The position numbers and the translations under genes were made by a program. This document shows, piece by piece, positions 21,401 through 30,997 of a stretch of DNA of 64,000 nt. This stretch comes from Candidatus Poribacteria bacterium (lineage in GTDB: Bacteria; Poribacteria; WGA-4E; WGA-3G): positions 2,560,675 to 2,624,674 of the forward strand of contig OZ244889.1 in the NCBI GenBank assembly GCA_965221425.1, given 5' to 3'. The first letter of the stretch is position 1, and each line of letters begins with the position of its first letter. The notes under the pieces were generated by a model. That model had not been told where the DNA came from and did not search any database. It saw only the letters and a program-made list of their open reading frames with translations.

Positions 21401-22264
21401 TTTTCGTCTGATAGCAAAAGTTTGGCAAGCATAGAAGGCGGTGGCACAATCCTTGTCTGGGATTGGGATGCAATACGAAAAAGTTCACTCGAAAATAAAA
21501 ATAAAGAGTCTTTAGAACAATTCAAAGACAAGTTAACCTCAATAACCTCCGCAAGTTCTGAACGTAGATTGTTTGCACAGGTTGCCGAAGATATCAAAAA
21601 CACCAAAGACAAAGAAAGTTACGTTGATATGTTGAATCAGATAATTCAAGATATGTCGTACAAGTTGAGCGTGCGATTAAATGCCAGCCTCGTTTTGGCT
21701 GAATTCTATCGTGAAAATGGCATGCTTGAAAAAGCTGAAGAACTTATACAAAAAACCGGTTTTATTACCGAAGATAAGTGGTTAATCCTCGGTCCATTTG
21801 ATAACAGTAATGGGAGCGGATATGACAGGGCATTCATTCCAGAAGACGCAGCACAAGTTGACATAACCGCAAAATATGATTCCTTCAATGGAAAAGTGAG
21901 CTGGCAAAAATGTACAGATGATACATTAAACGGTTATATTCATCTTGGGAAAGATGTTGATTGGCGTGTCGCTTATGCCTTTGCTACTATTACCTCACCT
22001 GATGAGCGGGAAGTCCAATTCCGATTCGATAGCGATGATCAGGGCAAAGTTTGGCTAAACGGTGTAGAGGTATATGCACATACAAAATCACATAGTGCAG
22101 AAATTGACCGATACATTATCCCTGTAACGCTCAAGCGAGGCAAAAACAGTATCCTTGTCAAAGTATGTGAAGAAGAAGAGGGATGGGGATTTTACCTCCG
22201 CATCACAGACCAAAACGGACAAGCTTTTGATGATTTGAAAATCAATCGAAATGTGGAGAATTAA
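18500..22264 (+). CDS. ECF sigma-70 factor fused to a TM helix, a large WD40 beta-propeller region and a C-terminal beta-sandwich domain (1254 aa)
   Basis: Sigma region 2 (HALAWRIIGDFHIAEEITQDAFLKAY) and region 4 HTH (MTCAEIGEFLGVSANTIKSRLRRAQ). TM segment PWLFAASTVVIVLLMLGIG. More than 10 FSPDG WD40 blades. Confidence 0.85.
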   Translation: MKHNDTELIQQILSGNDDAFSTLVRKYQKQVHALAWRIIGDFHIAEEITQDAFLKAYMELKNLKEPQRFAGWLSVITRRRCFAWLRKKRMGTQSLEHLEESDSEQIEKAAYSEYVVKEKERTAAETQRDVVKKLLAKLQESERTVMTLHYFGEMTCAEIGEFLGVSANTIKSRLRRAQQRLQKHEPIIREALEHFKITPNLTENIMQEISQTKPAAPSASKPFVPWLFAASTVVIVLLMLGIGNSKYLTRFQQPYNFDANSEVTVEIIEAPVMANLALEPDVRRQLRSANAQRENLVPDQQSKDTSTPSKETHADETTENYVQWELPKMAKARLGKGGITAMQFSPDGNQLALGSTIGIWLYDVKIGKELHLFPGPCGLLAFSQDGRYLVNGGSKWFSGGEFQMWDTITFRKMPLTKIPPKSVALRFDEDGKTLISIESGNYSKSGIDSISTINLDTKQVDVKDVKKQFGSSLEYPKVYALTHDKFAIGGKNGLIKLWDIVSGKKVSTVDGHAEIIGMVNYVTAVAFSPDGTRLASGSRDETVLLWDTTTGNQLFTLQKHKGETNVLAFSADGKMLATGNSDTTVQLWDATTGESLAAFTTHTSAITALAFSPDSSTLATASSDDTVRLWDIETKKPLPTHITGHTAQVHTAAFSKDSSILASIADNGTLTFWDLKTLHKSKVNSISRFRLMGIRTGNAWFPYFAFSPDGTKIASIRLESKKREFQPFPVRPIAVYNGKIHLTDVYTGQELTTFTCRFNTINSVSKMVFSPDGSTLAVGDAGIIHLWKTKTGEKYEIYLTDPAENPQEMFTLSFSPLSITALVFSPDGKKLVSGTMSGRVQMWDVETGDELTTLFEGLDLNETLKIREGGGERSIRVGGSEPINDLAFSSNGDLLAVSNQKQTFLFDSKKQTRIDKVKIPRSGTLVFSPDDTMLVTGSNDKIVLWDMITGDKLSTIDGDMNGVGKLVFSSDSKSLASIEGGGTILVWDWDAIRKSSLENKNKESLEQFKDKLTSITSASSERRLFAQVAEDIKNTKDKESYVDMLNQIIQDMSYKLSVRLNASLVLAEFYRENGMLEKAEELIQKTGFITEDKWLILGPFDNSNGSGYDRAFIPEDAAQVDITAKYDSFNGKVSWQKCTDDTLNGYIHLGKDVDWRVAYAFATITSPDEREVQFRFDSDDQGKVWLNGVEVYAHTKSHSAEIDRYIIPVTLKRGKNSILVKVCEEEEGWGFYLRITDQNGQAFDDLKINRNVEN

Positions 22265-22309
22265 GGACAAGATATATGGTAAATGAAAAAATAAACACTT
22301 TCATCCCAA

Positions 22310-22650
22310 CGGTAAGTGAGGCATACTAACCTTGCCATAAGTGTCAATTTAGCGTCCTTTTCTCCTGTCTGAATCACGGATTAGCACGGATTTATCGGAT
22401 TTCGCGGATTGAACACCTGGAGATGACAAGTCGTTTTCATAGATTAGCAGATAAAGGTGTTAGCAATATCCTGGTCGCTGTAATTGGTAGGTTTATAGGA
22501 TATCCGTTTCTGCACAGAATAGAATAATCCGCGAAATCCGTGTAATCCGCCTAATCCGTGATTCAGAAATACACAAACCAATAATGCACAAAAACCGATA
22601 CATTTTCCTAAAATTGACGCTTATGGTGAGGCATACTAACCTCACCACAG
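22310..22650. mobile_element. Family-B MITE-like element with TIRs (ctgtctgaatcacggattagcacgg... 22366 / ...ccgtgattcagaaatac 22568) and outer flanking repeats (gtgaggcatactaacc x2; ccataagtgtcaatttag / ctaaaattgacgcttatgg inverted)
   Basis: Inverted and direct repeats read directly; no ORF. Confidence 0.65.
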
Positions 22651-22708
22651 ATCGTTCAAATAATTATAAACCCCTATAAGTCTCAATGATTAGAGGAGGA
22701 GAAAAACC

Positions 22709-23458
22709 ATGAAATATGCCGGTCCCCAAAATGTTAAATCTCTCATGCAAGCGTTTGATTCCGAATACACTTCTCAAAGAGCAAATGCCAAACCAGCTTC
22801 CTCTGTAGAGGTTAAAGTAATAGATGAAAATACTAAAGACCCACGTATTGAACGTATTAAACGGATTCAACAGATGTTTTTTGACGAAACCATTACAACT
22901 GAGGAATATTTTCATAGTTTTGATATGTCAGAGGTAGAACATTTTGCTTTCAGGACAATAACAGATGGATCTGGTAGCCGAACTCTTTGTATAGAGTACA
23001 CGCAAGGAGATGTTGATGCTAAATACCCGCGTGATCAATGGATCCAAATGCTCCTTGAAAAAGGTGTAAGGATAGACGATTACAAAGATTATAAGGAATA
23101 TCTTGACATACGCACGAGTTTATTTCCGGAAGAGTACCTTGCAGACGATGATGTAGATGCCTCCGAACAATCAGCATATATTGATAAAGAAATTAAAAAA
23201 TATCAACGAATCCAAGAAGCGAGGCGCACTAATCCCGATGTGAAAGATTGGACAATGATTGGTGAAAATGCGCTACCCTCTATACCGGGAAGAATGTACG
23301 TTTGCAAAACTGAATCCGGTTTCAAGATTAAGTCTAAAAAAACTTCTAACGCTGAACCGAAACTTTCTGAGGAACAGAGAATTGACTTACAGGATAAAGG
23401 AATAGAACCTGAGGGATGGGAAGTTGTCTACATTGATGAAAAAGGGAACATTCTTTAG
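22709..23458 (+). CDS. Hypothetical acidic protein (249 aa)
   Basis: AGAGGAGGAG RBS 8 nt upstream of the ATG; no recognisable domain. Confidence 0.5.
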   Translation: MKYAGPQNVKSLMQAFDSEYTSQRANAKPASSVEVKVIDENTKDPRIERIKRIQQMFFDETITTEEYFHSFDMSEVEHFAFRTITDGSGSRTLCIEYTQGDVDAKYPRDQWIQMLLEKGVRIDDYKDYKEYLDIRTSLFPEEYLADDDVDASEQSAYIDKEIKKYQRIQEARRTNPDVKDWTMIGENALPSIPGRMYVCKTESGFKIKSKKTSNAEPKLSEEQRIDLQDKGIEPEGWEVVYIDEKGNIL

Positions 23459-23493
23459 CTTTAACTGAAAAATCCGTAACATGGAGGCACATT

Positions 23494-25917
23494 ATGACCG
23501 ATAAATACGATTCAACAGATTTTTGGTATACATTCGTCAACTCACTTTACAACTTTGGGCTCTCATCAAAAAGTGGCATATCAGAAATAGACGAAGAGAT
23601 GCAGGAAAAACTTCTTGCATACTTCAGAACAAAGATTGAAGAGGGGGTTGTTGATGGTGTAACTGCCCTTCCACCCGGAGTTCACAATTACTTTTGGCGA
23701 CTTCCAAAAGAGATGCTACCAAAACTACGATCATTAGCGGAAGGTTATCTTGAAACAGATCCCGACAACGGCGCAGCAGCCTTATTTCGCACAATTGTGG
23801 AACTTTCAGACTGGGATGCTAAAAATGAACCGTACATTGATGAAGCAGCGGCTCTGTTACCGAATGATCCGTGTATGAATTTGGTTATAATAGATCGATA
23901 TAGACTCAAAATCAGTTTTTCTCATGATATTGAACATCATGAAAAAATTCTCAAGACGCTTGTACGTTTATATACTTGGGCATCGCATCAAAAGAACACC
24001 GCTCGTTATCAGGAAGCAAGATCATTTTATATTCAGCATAGGATAACCCCCTACACAGTGTATAAGCACCTAAGAAACGCACTTCAGGGGCTTAAGCAGC
24101 GTGCTGAAGAAACTGCAAGTTTAGAAGAAAAAATGCCCCAAATTGAAAAATATAAATCTCTTATTCAGGAATGCAGAGATTTGGTTGATAAGGAAAATGC
24201 TGCATTCCGGAGAAATTTTGGGCAACAATCGGAGGAGCAACAAGACTTAGCCGATGCAGCAGCCGATAATACAGATATATGGGAAGCGTATCTGAAATCG
24301 CTTGAAGACCATAAAAATGCACCGCCAAGAAGACTCACACCGAATGACCAAGATCAACTTCTGGAATACTTGAAAACAAAAATTAAAGAAGGGATCGTTG
24401 AAGGTAAAACAACGCTGCCAGCACAACTACAAGGACACATCACAAATTTTCCTGAAGTGATGCACATGGAACTCCGTGAATTTGCTGAAGAGGCACTTGA
24501 ATCACAACCGGAAAATGGTGCTGCAATGAAAATGTTAGCAGTCCTTGTGTGGGATGGTAAACGCGTACGTCGTGGGGAATCGGATAGTGACCTTACCTGG
24601 CTTGAACAAGCGATGGTGTTAACACCCAACGAACCTGAAACCTGCTTTTTTGCTATTAGTCATTATGATGAATCCTATGATCCTTTATTTAAGTTGACAC
24701 TCACTGCACTTGAACAAATGTTTGAAAGAGCAAAGCAGCTTGGTGAATCCGAGTTATATCCCTGGTTGAGACAATTATACAAAAAGGTCGGCAGAACGCC
24801 TTGCCATATCTATCGGAATCTGATGAAAAATCCTGAAGGAAACGCCGAACTGATTGCAAGGTGTAAACCATTGATAGAACAGATGCTTGATGTATTTCAA
24901 CAACAGCTTACACATGATCCAGATGATTGGTATTCCTTATGCGGACTTGGGGATATCTATGAAACGTTAGGCAAAACTGAATTAGCGCAAAAATATCCTT
25001 GGAAACCCCATCCAAAACATAAATGGAAACAAGCGGTATGGGTCGGTAAGAAACTGCCCGAATTTTTTGCCACTGCTTTTGATGGCACACCAGTAAAAGT
25101 CTCCGATTACCGCGGAAAAATGTTGGTGCTAAATTTCTGTGCGAAGTGGTGCGGTTTCTGTGAACCAGAAATCCCGTTTCTCAAAGAAGTCTATGAGGAA
25201 CATCACGACAAAGGATTAGAGATTATCGGTGTCAGTTTAGATAAAAGCGAAGCGGAATTACGGGAATATATTGAGGAACATGAAATTCCGTGGCCCCAGA
25301 TTTTTGATGGTAAAGGTTGGCAAACTGAACTTGCACAGTATTTTGGTATTAATGGTATTCCTTCACAATGGCTTATTGACCGGGACGAAAAAATCATCTC
25401 GGTTAGTACAGGCGAAGAACAACTTGGACAACTGGTGAAGTGGACAGAGACCACACGTATAGGGACCGTGATTCCAGATTTTACCGCAGTTGATGTGGAT
25501 GGAAATACTATTTCTTCCGCTGCATTACGAGGGAAAGTTGCCCTAATCCATTTTGGCTATATCCGCCAGGAACTTGAACTCACAATCATTGACACACTAT
25601 ACGAGAAACATCACAAGAATGGATTTGAGGTAATTGGTGTCAATATTGGTGGGTGGAGAGATGAAGATGTCCTGCGCGATATAGTTCGCAGAGAAAACCA
25701 TCAAGGACACTATATCTATGCGGCTCATGATGGAGAACACGCTGCACTGGCTGAACAGTTCGGATTCGAACATGGTTCAAGAGTCCGTAAAGTTAAACTA
25801 CCTGCCTTTATCCTAATTGATACCGATGGAAAGGTAATTGATGCGCGATCAGGAAAAGTACATTCACCTGAAGCATGGGCAGCGAAATTGGAAAAACTGA
25901 TTACCGAGCATCTATAG
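23494..25917 (+). CDS. Large paralog 1: novel internally duplicated alpha-helical N-domain fused to a TlpA/ResA-like thioredoxin domain (WCGFC) and a second Cys-less Trx-like domain
   Basis: N-terminus MTDKYDSTDFWYTFVNSLYNFGLS. Duplicated EG(V/I)(V/T)DG.T.LP...LR..AE..LE..P(D/E)NGAA units. CAKWCGFCEPEIPFLKEVY...GVSLDK TlpA-like motif. Confidence 0.7.
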   Translation: MTDKYDSTDFWYTFVNSLYNFGLSSKSGISEIDEEMQEKLLAYFRTKIEEGVVDGVTALPPGVHNYFWRLPKEMLPKLRSLAEGYLETDPDNGAAALFRTIVELSDWDAKNEPYIDEAAALLPNDPCMNLVIIDRYRLKISFSHDIEHHEKILKTLVRLYTWASHQKNTARYQEARSFYIQHRITPYTVYKHLRNALQGLKQRAEETASLEEKMPQIEKYKSLIQECRDLVDKENAAFRRNFGQQSEEQQDLADAAADNTDIWEAYLKSLEDHKNAPPRRLTPNDQDQLLEYLKTKIKEGIVEGKTTLPAQLQGHITNFPEVMHMELREFAEEALESQPENGAAMKMLAVLVWDGKRVRRGESDSDLTWLEQAMVLTPNEPETCFFAISHYDESYDPLFKLTLTALEQMFERAKQLGESELYPWLRQLYKKVGRTPCHIYRNLMKNPEGNAELIARCKPLIEQMLDVFQQQLTHDPDDWYSLCGLGDIYETLGKTELAQKYPWKPHPKHKWKQAVWVGKKLPEFFATAFDGTPVKVSDYRGKMLVLNFCAKWCGFCEPEIPFLKEVYEEHHDKGLEIIGVSLDKSEAELREYIEEHEIPWPQIFDGKGWQTELAQYFGINGIPSQWLIDRDEKIISVSTGEEQLGQLVKWTETTRIGTVIPDFTAVDVDGNTISSAALRGKVALIHFGYIRQELELTIIDTLYEKHHKNGFEVIGVNIGGWRDEDVLRDIVRRENHQGHYIYAAHDGEHAALAEQFGFEHGSRVRKVKLPAFILIDTDGKVIDARSGKVHSPEAWAAKLEKLITEHL

Positions 25918-25987
25918 AGAATTTAAAAACTTGCACAGTGATCTCTTGTATCTGAGCACTATTTTGTAAACTTAATATAGGAGAATT

Positions 25988-27904
25988 ATGATGGATAAAT
26001 ACAATTCAACAGATTTCTGGTACACGTTCCTGAACTCACTTTATAACTTTGGACTTTCTGCAAGAAGTGGTATATCAGAAATAGACGAAAAGATGCAGGA
26101 AAAACTTCTTGCATACTTCAGAACAAAGATTGAAGAGGGAATTACTGACGGTGAAACCGCACTCCCGCCAAGCCTGTCAGACTATTGTTGGCGTTTACCA
26201 CAGGAGATGTTACCAAAACTAAGGTCTTTAGCTGAAGGTTTTCTTGACACGGATCCTGACAATGGACCAGCAGCCGTGCTATTGGCAACTGTTGCCTATA
26301 CGGACTTAGGACACGAGGAGTCATTGCCGTTTGTAGAAAAAGCATTAACACTGGTACCAAAAGATCCATGCCTGAATTTGCTTATGATTTACAAATATAG
26401 GCGGTACTATGGCGGTGCTAAAATTGTAGAAGCTCAAGAAACGATTCTCACTGTGCTTGAAAATGTATTTGAGTGGGCAAAACGACAAGATAATTCTGCA
26501 CGCTTTCAAGATGCGAGATCTTTCTATTTTGGAGAGAGAATAACACCCTATTCAGTTTACACAAACCTTAAATCAATCGAGGCACGATGGAAAAAGAGAG
26601 AAAAAGTTGGGGTTGTAAAAAAATGCCAAGAGGCGATTGAAAAATGCCGAACCTTGATATACGCAGAACAGGAAACGTTTCATAGAGAAGCAATTCAAGC
26701 TGCAGTTGAGCAACCACTCATAGTTGATGAATCACCCGAAAATGTCAATTTTTGGGAAGCATTCCTTGATTCACTGATAGAACGGGGCCTCTCAACCCCA
26801 AGATGGGTCCTCACCAAGAAAGTTCAGGATCAACTACTGAAATACTTCAAAACGAGAATAGAAGAAGGTGTTACTGATGGATTAACGACATTACCATTGG
26901 ACCTTCCTGAGTATGTTCCACGCTTTCCCAAGGCAATGCATTTGGAACTCCGTGAATTCGCTGAAGAAATGCTTGAAAAACAGCCAGAGAACGGAGCTGC
27001 AGCAAAAGTGTTAGCCATCGTTGTGGAAAAGAATGATAATCTACTTCGGTCAGGAAACCCATTCATTGAACAGGCAGTGCCGTTGGTACCGAACGACCCA
27101 GAAATCTGCTTTTTTGCGATGAGCAGTAACAGGAATTTTGATGAATTATCGTTATTGGAAAAATTGTTCGATAGGGCACAATCGCATGGTAAAACCGAAT
27201 TGTCCCGTTGGTTAGCAAAGTTATACAAAGAGGTAGGTACAACCCCTTGTCATATCTATCGGAATCTGATGAAAAAGCCAGATGAAAACGCTGAGTTGAT
27301 TAAGCGATGTAAGCTGCTGATTGATCAAGCACAACAAGCTTTTCAGCAACGTCTTGAAGAAGAACCCGATGATTGGTACGCTTTACGTGGACTCGGTGAT
27401 ATTTATGAAGTCTTGGGTGAAACCGAATTGGCACAAAAATATCCGTGGAAAGGCCATTCAAACATAGAAACCGTATGGAATCAGAAAGCATGGGTAGGTA
27501 GAAAACTACCAGATTTTTCAGCAACCACTCATGATGGCACATCAATAACTGCTTCGGATTATAAAGGCAAATTACTGCTACTAAGTTTCTGTGCGAAGTG
27601 GTGTGGTTTCTGTGCGTCAGAAATTCCTTATATTAAAGAGGCATACAAAGAACATCACCACAACGGTTTTGAAGTAATCGGTATTAGTTTAGATAAAAAC
27701 GAAGCGGAACTAAAAGAATATATTGAGGAGCATAACATAACGTGGCCACAGATTTATGATGGCAAAGGCTGGAATACAGAACTTGCCCGGTATTTCGGTA
27801 TCATTAGTCTCCCGTCACAGTGGCTCATTGATCAGGATGGAACGATCCTCTCTGTAGATACAAGAGAAGAAAAACTTGGTCAACTCGTTGAGCAGTTGAT
27901 ATAA
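25988..27904 (+). CDS. Large paralog 2 (638 aa; single TlpA-like domain, WCGFC)
   Basis: Same N-terminal MMDKYNSTDFWYTFLNSLYNFGLS and duplicated N-domain. A 65-nt stretch (about 26075-26140) is identical to paralog 1. Confidence 0.7.
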   Translation: MMDKYNSTDFWYTFLNSLYNFGLSARSGISEIDEKMQEKLLAYFRTKIEEGITDGETALPPSLSDYCWRLPQEMLPKLRSLAEGFLDTDPDNGPAAVLLATVAYTDLGHEESLPFVEKALTLVPKDPCLNLLMIYKYRRYYGGAKIVEAQETILTVLENVFEWAKRQDNSARFQDARSFYFGERITPYSVYTNLKSIEARWKKREKVGVVKKCQEAIEKCRTLIYAEQETFHREAIQAAVEQPLIVDESPENVNFWEAFLDSLIERGLSTPRWVLTKKVQDQLLKYFKTRIEEGVTDGLTTLPLDLPEYVPRFPKAMHLELREFAEEMLEKQPENGAAAKVLAIVVEKNDNLLRSGNPFIEQAVPLVPNDPEICFFAMSSNRNFDELSLLEKLFDRAQSHGKTELSRWLAKLYKEVGTTPCHIYRNLMKKPDENAELIKRCKLLIDQAQQAFQQRLEEEPDDWYALRGLGDIYEVLGETELAQKYPWKGHSNIETVWNQKAWVGRKLPDFSATTHDGTSITASDYKGKLLLLSFCAKWCGFCASEIPYIKEAYKEHHHNGFEVIGISLDKNEAELKEYIEEHNITWPQIYDGKGWNTELARYFGIISLPSQWLIDQDGTILSVDTREEKLGQLVEQLI

Positions 27905-28059
27905 TCCAAGTTCCTACAACCTATCTCATAAATGGTAAGAGGGGTTTCTAACCCCGATTTACCAAACACACGATTCGGTGAATTTGGACAAAATTGCATT
28001 TATGAGATACACTGTAATATCAACACAAGGTATTACGGACAATAATTAGGAGAACCGTA

Positions 28060-30414
28060 ATGTCGAATAAATACGATTCCACAGAGTTCTGGTATACCTT
28101 TATCAATTCACTATACAACGAGGGACTCTCAGCTGGAAAAGGTGAATTGGAGATGGATGAGGGGACGCAGGAGAAACTCTTTGTCTATCTAAAAGAAAAA
28201 ATTGAAGAAGGTGTAACGAATGGTGAAACCGCACTCCCTCCTACGCTTTCCGATTATTTTTGGCGTTTCTCAGAAGAGATGTTGCCAAAGTTCCGGTCAT
28301 TAGCAGAAAGTTTTCTTGACACGGATCCTGACAATGGACCGGCAGCTTCATTATTGGCAATTGTTGCATATACGGAGATGGGGTTCAATGAGGTATTGCC
28401 GTTTGTGGAAAAAGCATTAACACTGCTACCGAAAGATCCAGGTCTGAATCTGCTTTTGATAAAAGAGTATAGGAGAAGGCACGGTTCCTACGGACACATA
28501 ACTGGGAAGTTTGAAATTTTCACCGCACTTGAAAACATATTTGAGTGGGCAAAACGACAAAATAACTCCACCCGTTACCAAGAAGTAAGATTTTTCTATC
28601 GGCGACAGAGAGTAACACCCTATTCAGTATATACAAGCCTAAAAACATTCGATAAACGATATTGGGAAAAGCGGGAAGAGGATAGGATTATGGGAATAGG
28701 TGAAGGTAAAGGCACAATTGGGAAATGTAGAGATTTGATATCCGAGGAACAAGCGGCATTTAACAAAGTAATGATAGAAGAATCAGACGACTCAAACGTC
28801 TTTGAGAATGTAACATCTGAGAAAAAGGATTTTTGGGATGCTTATCTTGACACATTGAAAGACCGTGGACTTTCAGTACCCAGATGGAAACTGACACCCA
28901 AGGTGCAAGAAAAACTTTTAGATTACTTCAAAAGAAAAATAGAAGCAGGGGTTATTGACGGTCTGACGACGTTACCATCACAACTTCCAAAGTACGTTCC
29001 ACTGTTCCCTGATGCGATGCTGCTGGAACTGAGAGAATTCGCTGAAGAGGTATATGAAAAACAACCTGAAAACGGTGCTGCAGCAAAGATATTAGCGGTA
29101 ATTGAGCAGAAAGGTTATAGTATATTTAATGAACAAGCAATAAAGTTGGTGCCTAACGACGCAGAAATCTGTTTTTATGTAATTAGTTATAATACTTCGC
29201 TTACGTTACTTGAGGAGTTGTTTGAAAGGGCACAACGACAAGGCAAATCAGAATTGTACCATTGGTTGGTAAGACTGTATAAAGAGGTAGGGACAACACC
29301 TTGTGTGAGCTATCGGAAGTTAATGAAAAGTCCGGAGGAAAATGCCGAGTTAATTACACGTTACAAATCACTGATTGTACAAGCACAACAGGCTTTTGAG
29401 CATCATTTGGAACACAAACCTAATGACTGGTATGCATTACGCGGACTCGGTGATATTTATGAAACATTAGGTGAAATTGAATTAGCACAAGAATATCCAT
29501 GGGAACCGCATCCAAAGTTTAGATGGAATCAGGAGGCATGGATTGGCTTACAACTTCCCAATTTTTCCGCGACCGCGGTTGATGGCACACCTATATCTGT
29601 CTCAGATTACCATGGCAAAATGTTGGTGCTAAATTTCTGTGCGAAGTGGTGCGGTTTCTGTGAACCAGAAATCCCGTTTCTCAAAGAAGTCTATGAGGAG
29701 CATCACGACAAAGGATTAGAGGTTATCGGTGTCAGTCTGGATGAAAACGAAACAGAACTCCGCAAATTCATTGAGGAACATGAAATCCCTTGGCAGCAGC
29801 TTTTTGATGAAGAAGGTGGGAGAGGTGATCTTGCTCACTATTTTGGTATAACCAAGGTGCCTTCCCAGTGGTTTATTGACAGGAATAGAAAAATAATCTC
29901 TGTAGATACAAGAGGTGAACAACTTGGTCAACTGGTGAAGTGGACAGAGACCACACGTGTCGGCAACGCTGTTCCAGATTTCTCAGCGGTTGATGTTGAT
30001 GGCAAGCACGTTTCACTTTCAGCTTACCGAGGAAAGGTTGTGTTACTCTATTTTGGCTACTCTGAACAAGAAATGACCTGTGTGGATACGATTTACCAAG
30101 AATATCACACGAAAGGGTTTGAGGTCATTTGTGTCAACTTTGGAATGAGAGATGAACAGACTCTACGCAGCAAAATCAGTGAGAGAAACTATCAAGGACA
30201 CCACATTTATGGCGGTAGTAGGCTGAAAAGTCCTCTGGCTGAACAGTTCGGATTCGGACATGGTTCAGGAATTCGTAAAGTTAAACTACCTGCTTTTATC
30301 CTAATTGATACTAATGGAAAAGTTATTGATGCGCGTTCTGGAAAAGTACATTCACCTGAAGCATGGGCTGCAAGATTAGAAAAGCTTGTTGCTACACATC
30401 TTGGACTGTGCTAA
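28060..30414 (+). CDS. Large paralog 3 (784 aa; TlpA-like WCGFC domain plus a degenerate second Trx-like domain)
   Basis: MSNKYDSTEFWYTFINSLYNEGLS. About 120 nt at 29621-29745 are near-identical to 25121-25245 of paralog 1. Confidence 0.7.
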   Translation: MSNKYDSTEFWYTFINSLYNEGLSAGKGELEMDEGTQEKLFVYLKEKIEEGVTNGETALPPTLSDYFWRFSEEMLPKFRSLAESFLDTDPDNGPAASLLAIVAYTEMGFNEVLPFVEKALTLLPKDPGLNLLLIKEYRRRHGSYGHITGKFEIFTALENIFEWAKRQNNSTRYQEVRFFYRRQRVTPYSVYTSLKTFDKRYWEKREEDRIMGIGEGKGTIGKCRDLISEEQAAFNKVMIEESDDSNVFENVTSEKKDFWDAYLDTLKDRGLSVPRWKLTPKVQEKLLDYFKRKIEAGVIDGLTTLPSQLPKYVPLFPDAMLLELREFAEEVYEKQPENGAAAKILAVIEQKGYSIFNEQAIKLVPNDAEICFYVISYNTSLTLLEELFERAQRQGKSELYHWLVRLYKEVGTTPCVSYRKLMKSPEENAELITRYKSLIVQAQQAFEHHLEHKPNDWYALRGLGDIYETLGEIELAQEYPWEPHPKFRWNQEAWIGLQLPNFSATAVDGTPISVSDYHGKMLVLNFCAKWCGFCEPEIPFLKEVYEEHHDKGLEVIGVSLDENETELRKFIEEHEIPWQQLFDEEGGRGDLAHYFGITKVPSQWFIDRNRKIISVDTRGEQLGQLVKWTETTRVGNAVPDFSAVDVDGKHVSLSAYRGKVVLLYFGYSEQEMTCVDTIYQEYHTKGFEVICVNFGMRDEQTLRSKISERNYQGHHIYGGSRLKSPLAEQFGFGHGSGIRKVKLPAFILIDTNGKVIDARSGKVHSPEAWAARLEKLVATHLGLC

Positions 30415-30419
30415 AATAA

Positions 30420-30460
30420 AACAGAGTAGCGAAATCTACTCACTACTCTGTTCTTATTAT
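30420..30460. terminator. Bidirectional Rho-independent terminator (aacagagtag-N13-ctactctgtt, T-rich flank) between convergent gene blocks
   Basis: 10-bp perfect stem. A related hairpin occurs again at 30905-30945. Confidence 0.65.
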
Positions 30461-30519
30461 TCCATTTCTGATAATCTACTTCTCTTTTGTCCCATTAATT
30501 ATAGGTTTTACAATACTAT

Positions 30520-30897
30520 CTATTGTTGGTGCAAGCCGATGACGTTTCCGCTTGGGTCAAGAAACATCGCAAGCATACCTCTGTTATCAGGAATTTCCTG
30601 GGGTGGGATAAGAATCTTGCCTCCGTGACTTTCTACTTTCTCAAGTGTAGCGTGAAGATCATCAACAAGGATATAAATCGTGACGTGATTAGAGAAATCC
30701 ATATCGTCAGTTGTTGGGAAAATGTGTCCTTTTAACCCCTGAGACGAAGAGGCAATCACACCATAAATACCTTTGGCAAACGGGATCATTTCCCAATCAA
30801 ATCGATGAATCTCCCAATCAAAAAGGGAACGATAAAACTCAGCTAACCTCCCACCGTCTTTGCCGGCAATTTCAAAATGCGTAACAGGATTTCCCAT
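30520..30897 (-). CDS. VOC (glyoxalase/bleomycin-resistance/dioxygenase) family protein, tandem paralog 1 of 9
   Basis: MGNPVTHFEIAGKDGGRLAEFY...GLKGHIFPTT...NHVTIYILVDDL...KVESHGGKILIPPQEIP...DPSGNVIGLHQ. Confidence 0.8.
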   Translation of the reverse strand: MGNPVTHFEIAGKDGGRLAEFYRSLFDWEIHRFDWEMIPFAKGIYGVIASSSQGLKGHIFPTTDDMDFSNHVTIYILVDDLHATLEKVESHGGKILIPPQEIPDNRGMLAMFLDPSGNVIGLHQQ

Positions 30898-30997
30898 TGA
30901 AATCTACTCCTATAAAATAAAACAGAGTAGCAAAATCTTTTCACCACTCTGTTCTTTGTTAATTCTAAAAGTCCGGAATTTATACTGTTTATACTAT

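Noticed and set aside
18560-21612. Antisense and out-of-frame ORFs inside the 1254-aa ECF-WD40 gene (for example 20059-20661 and 20734-21612), and similar ones inside other long genes
   Set aside because: They overlap a confidently called long CDS on the opposite strand. This is a typical artefact of repetitive WD40 coding sequence.
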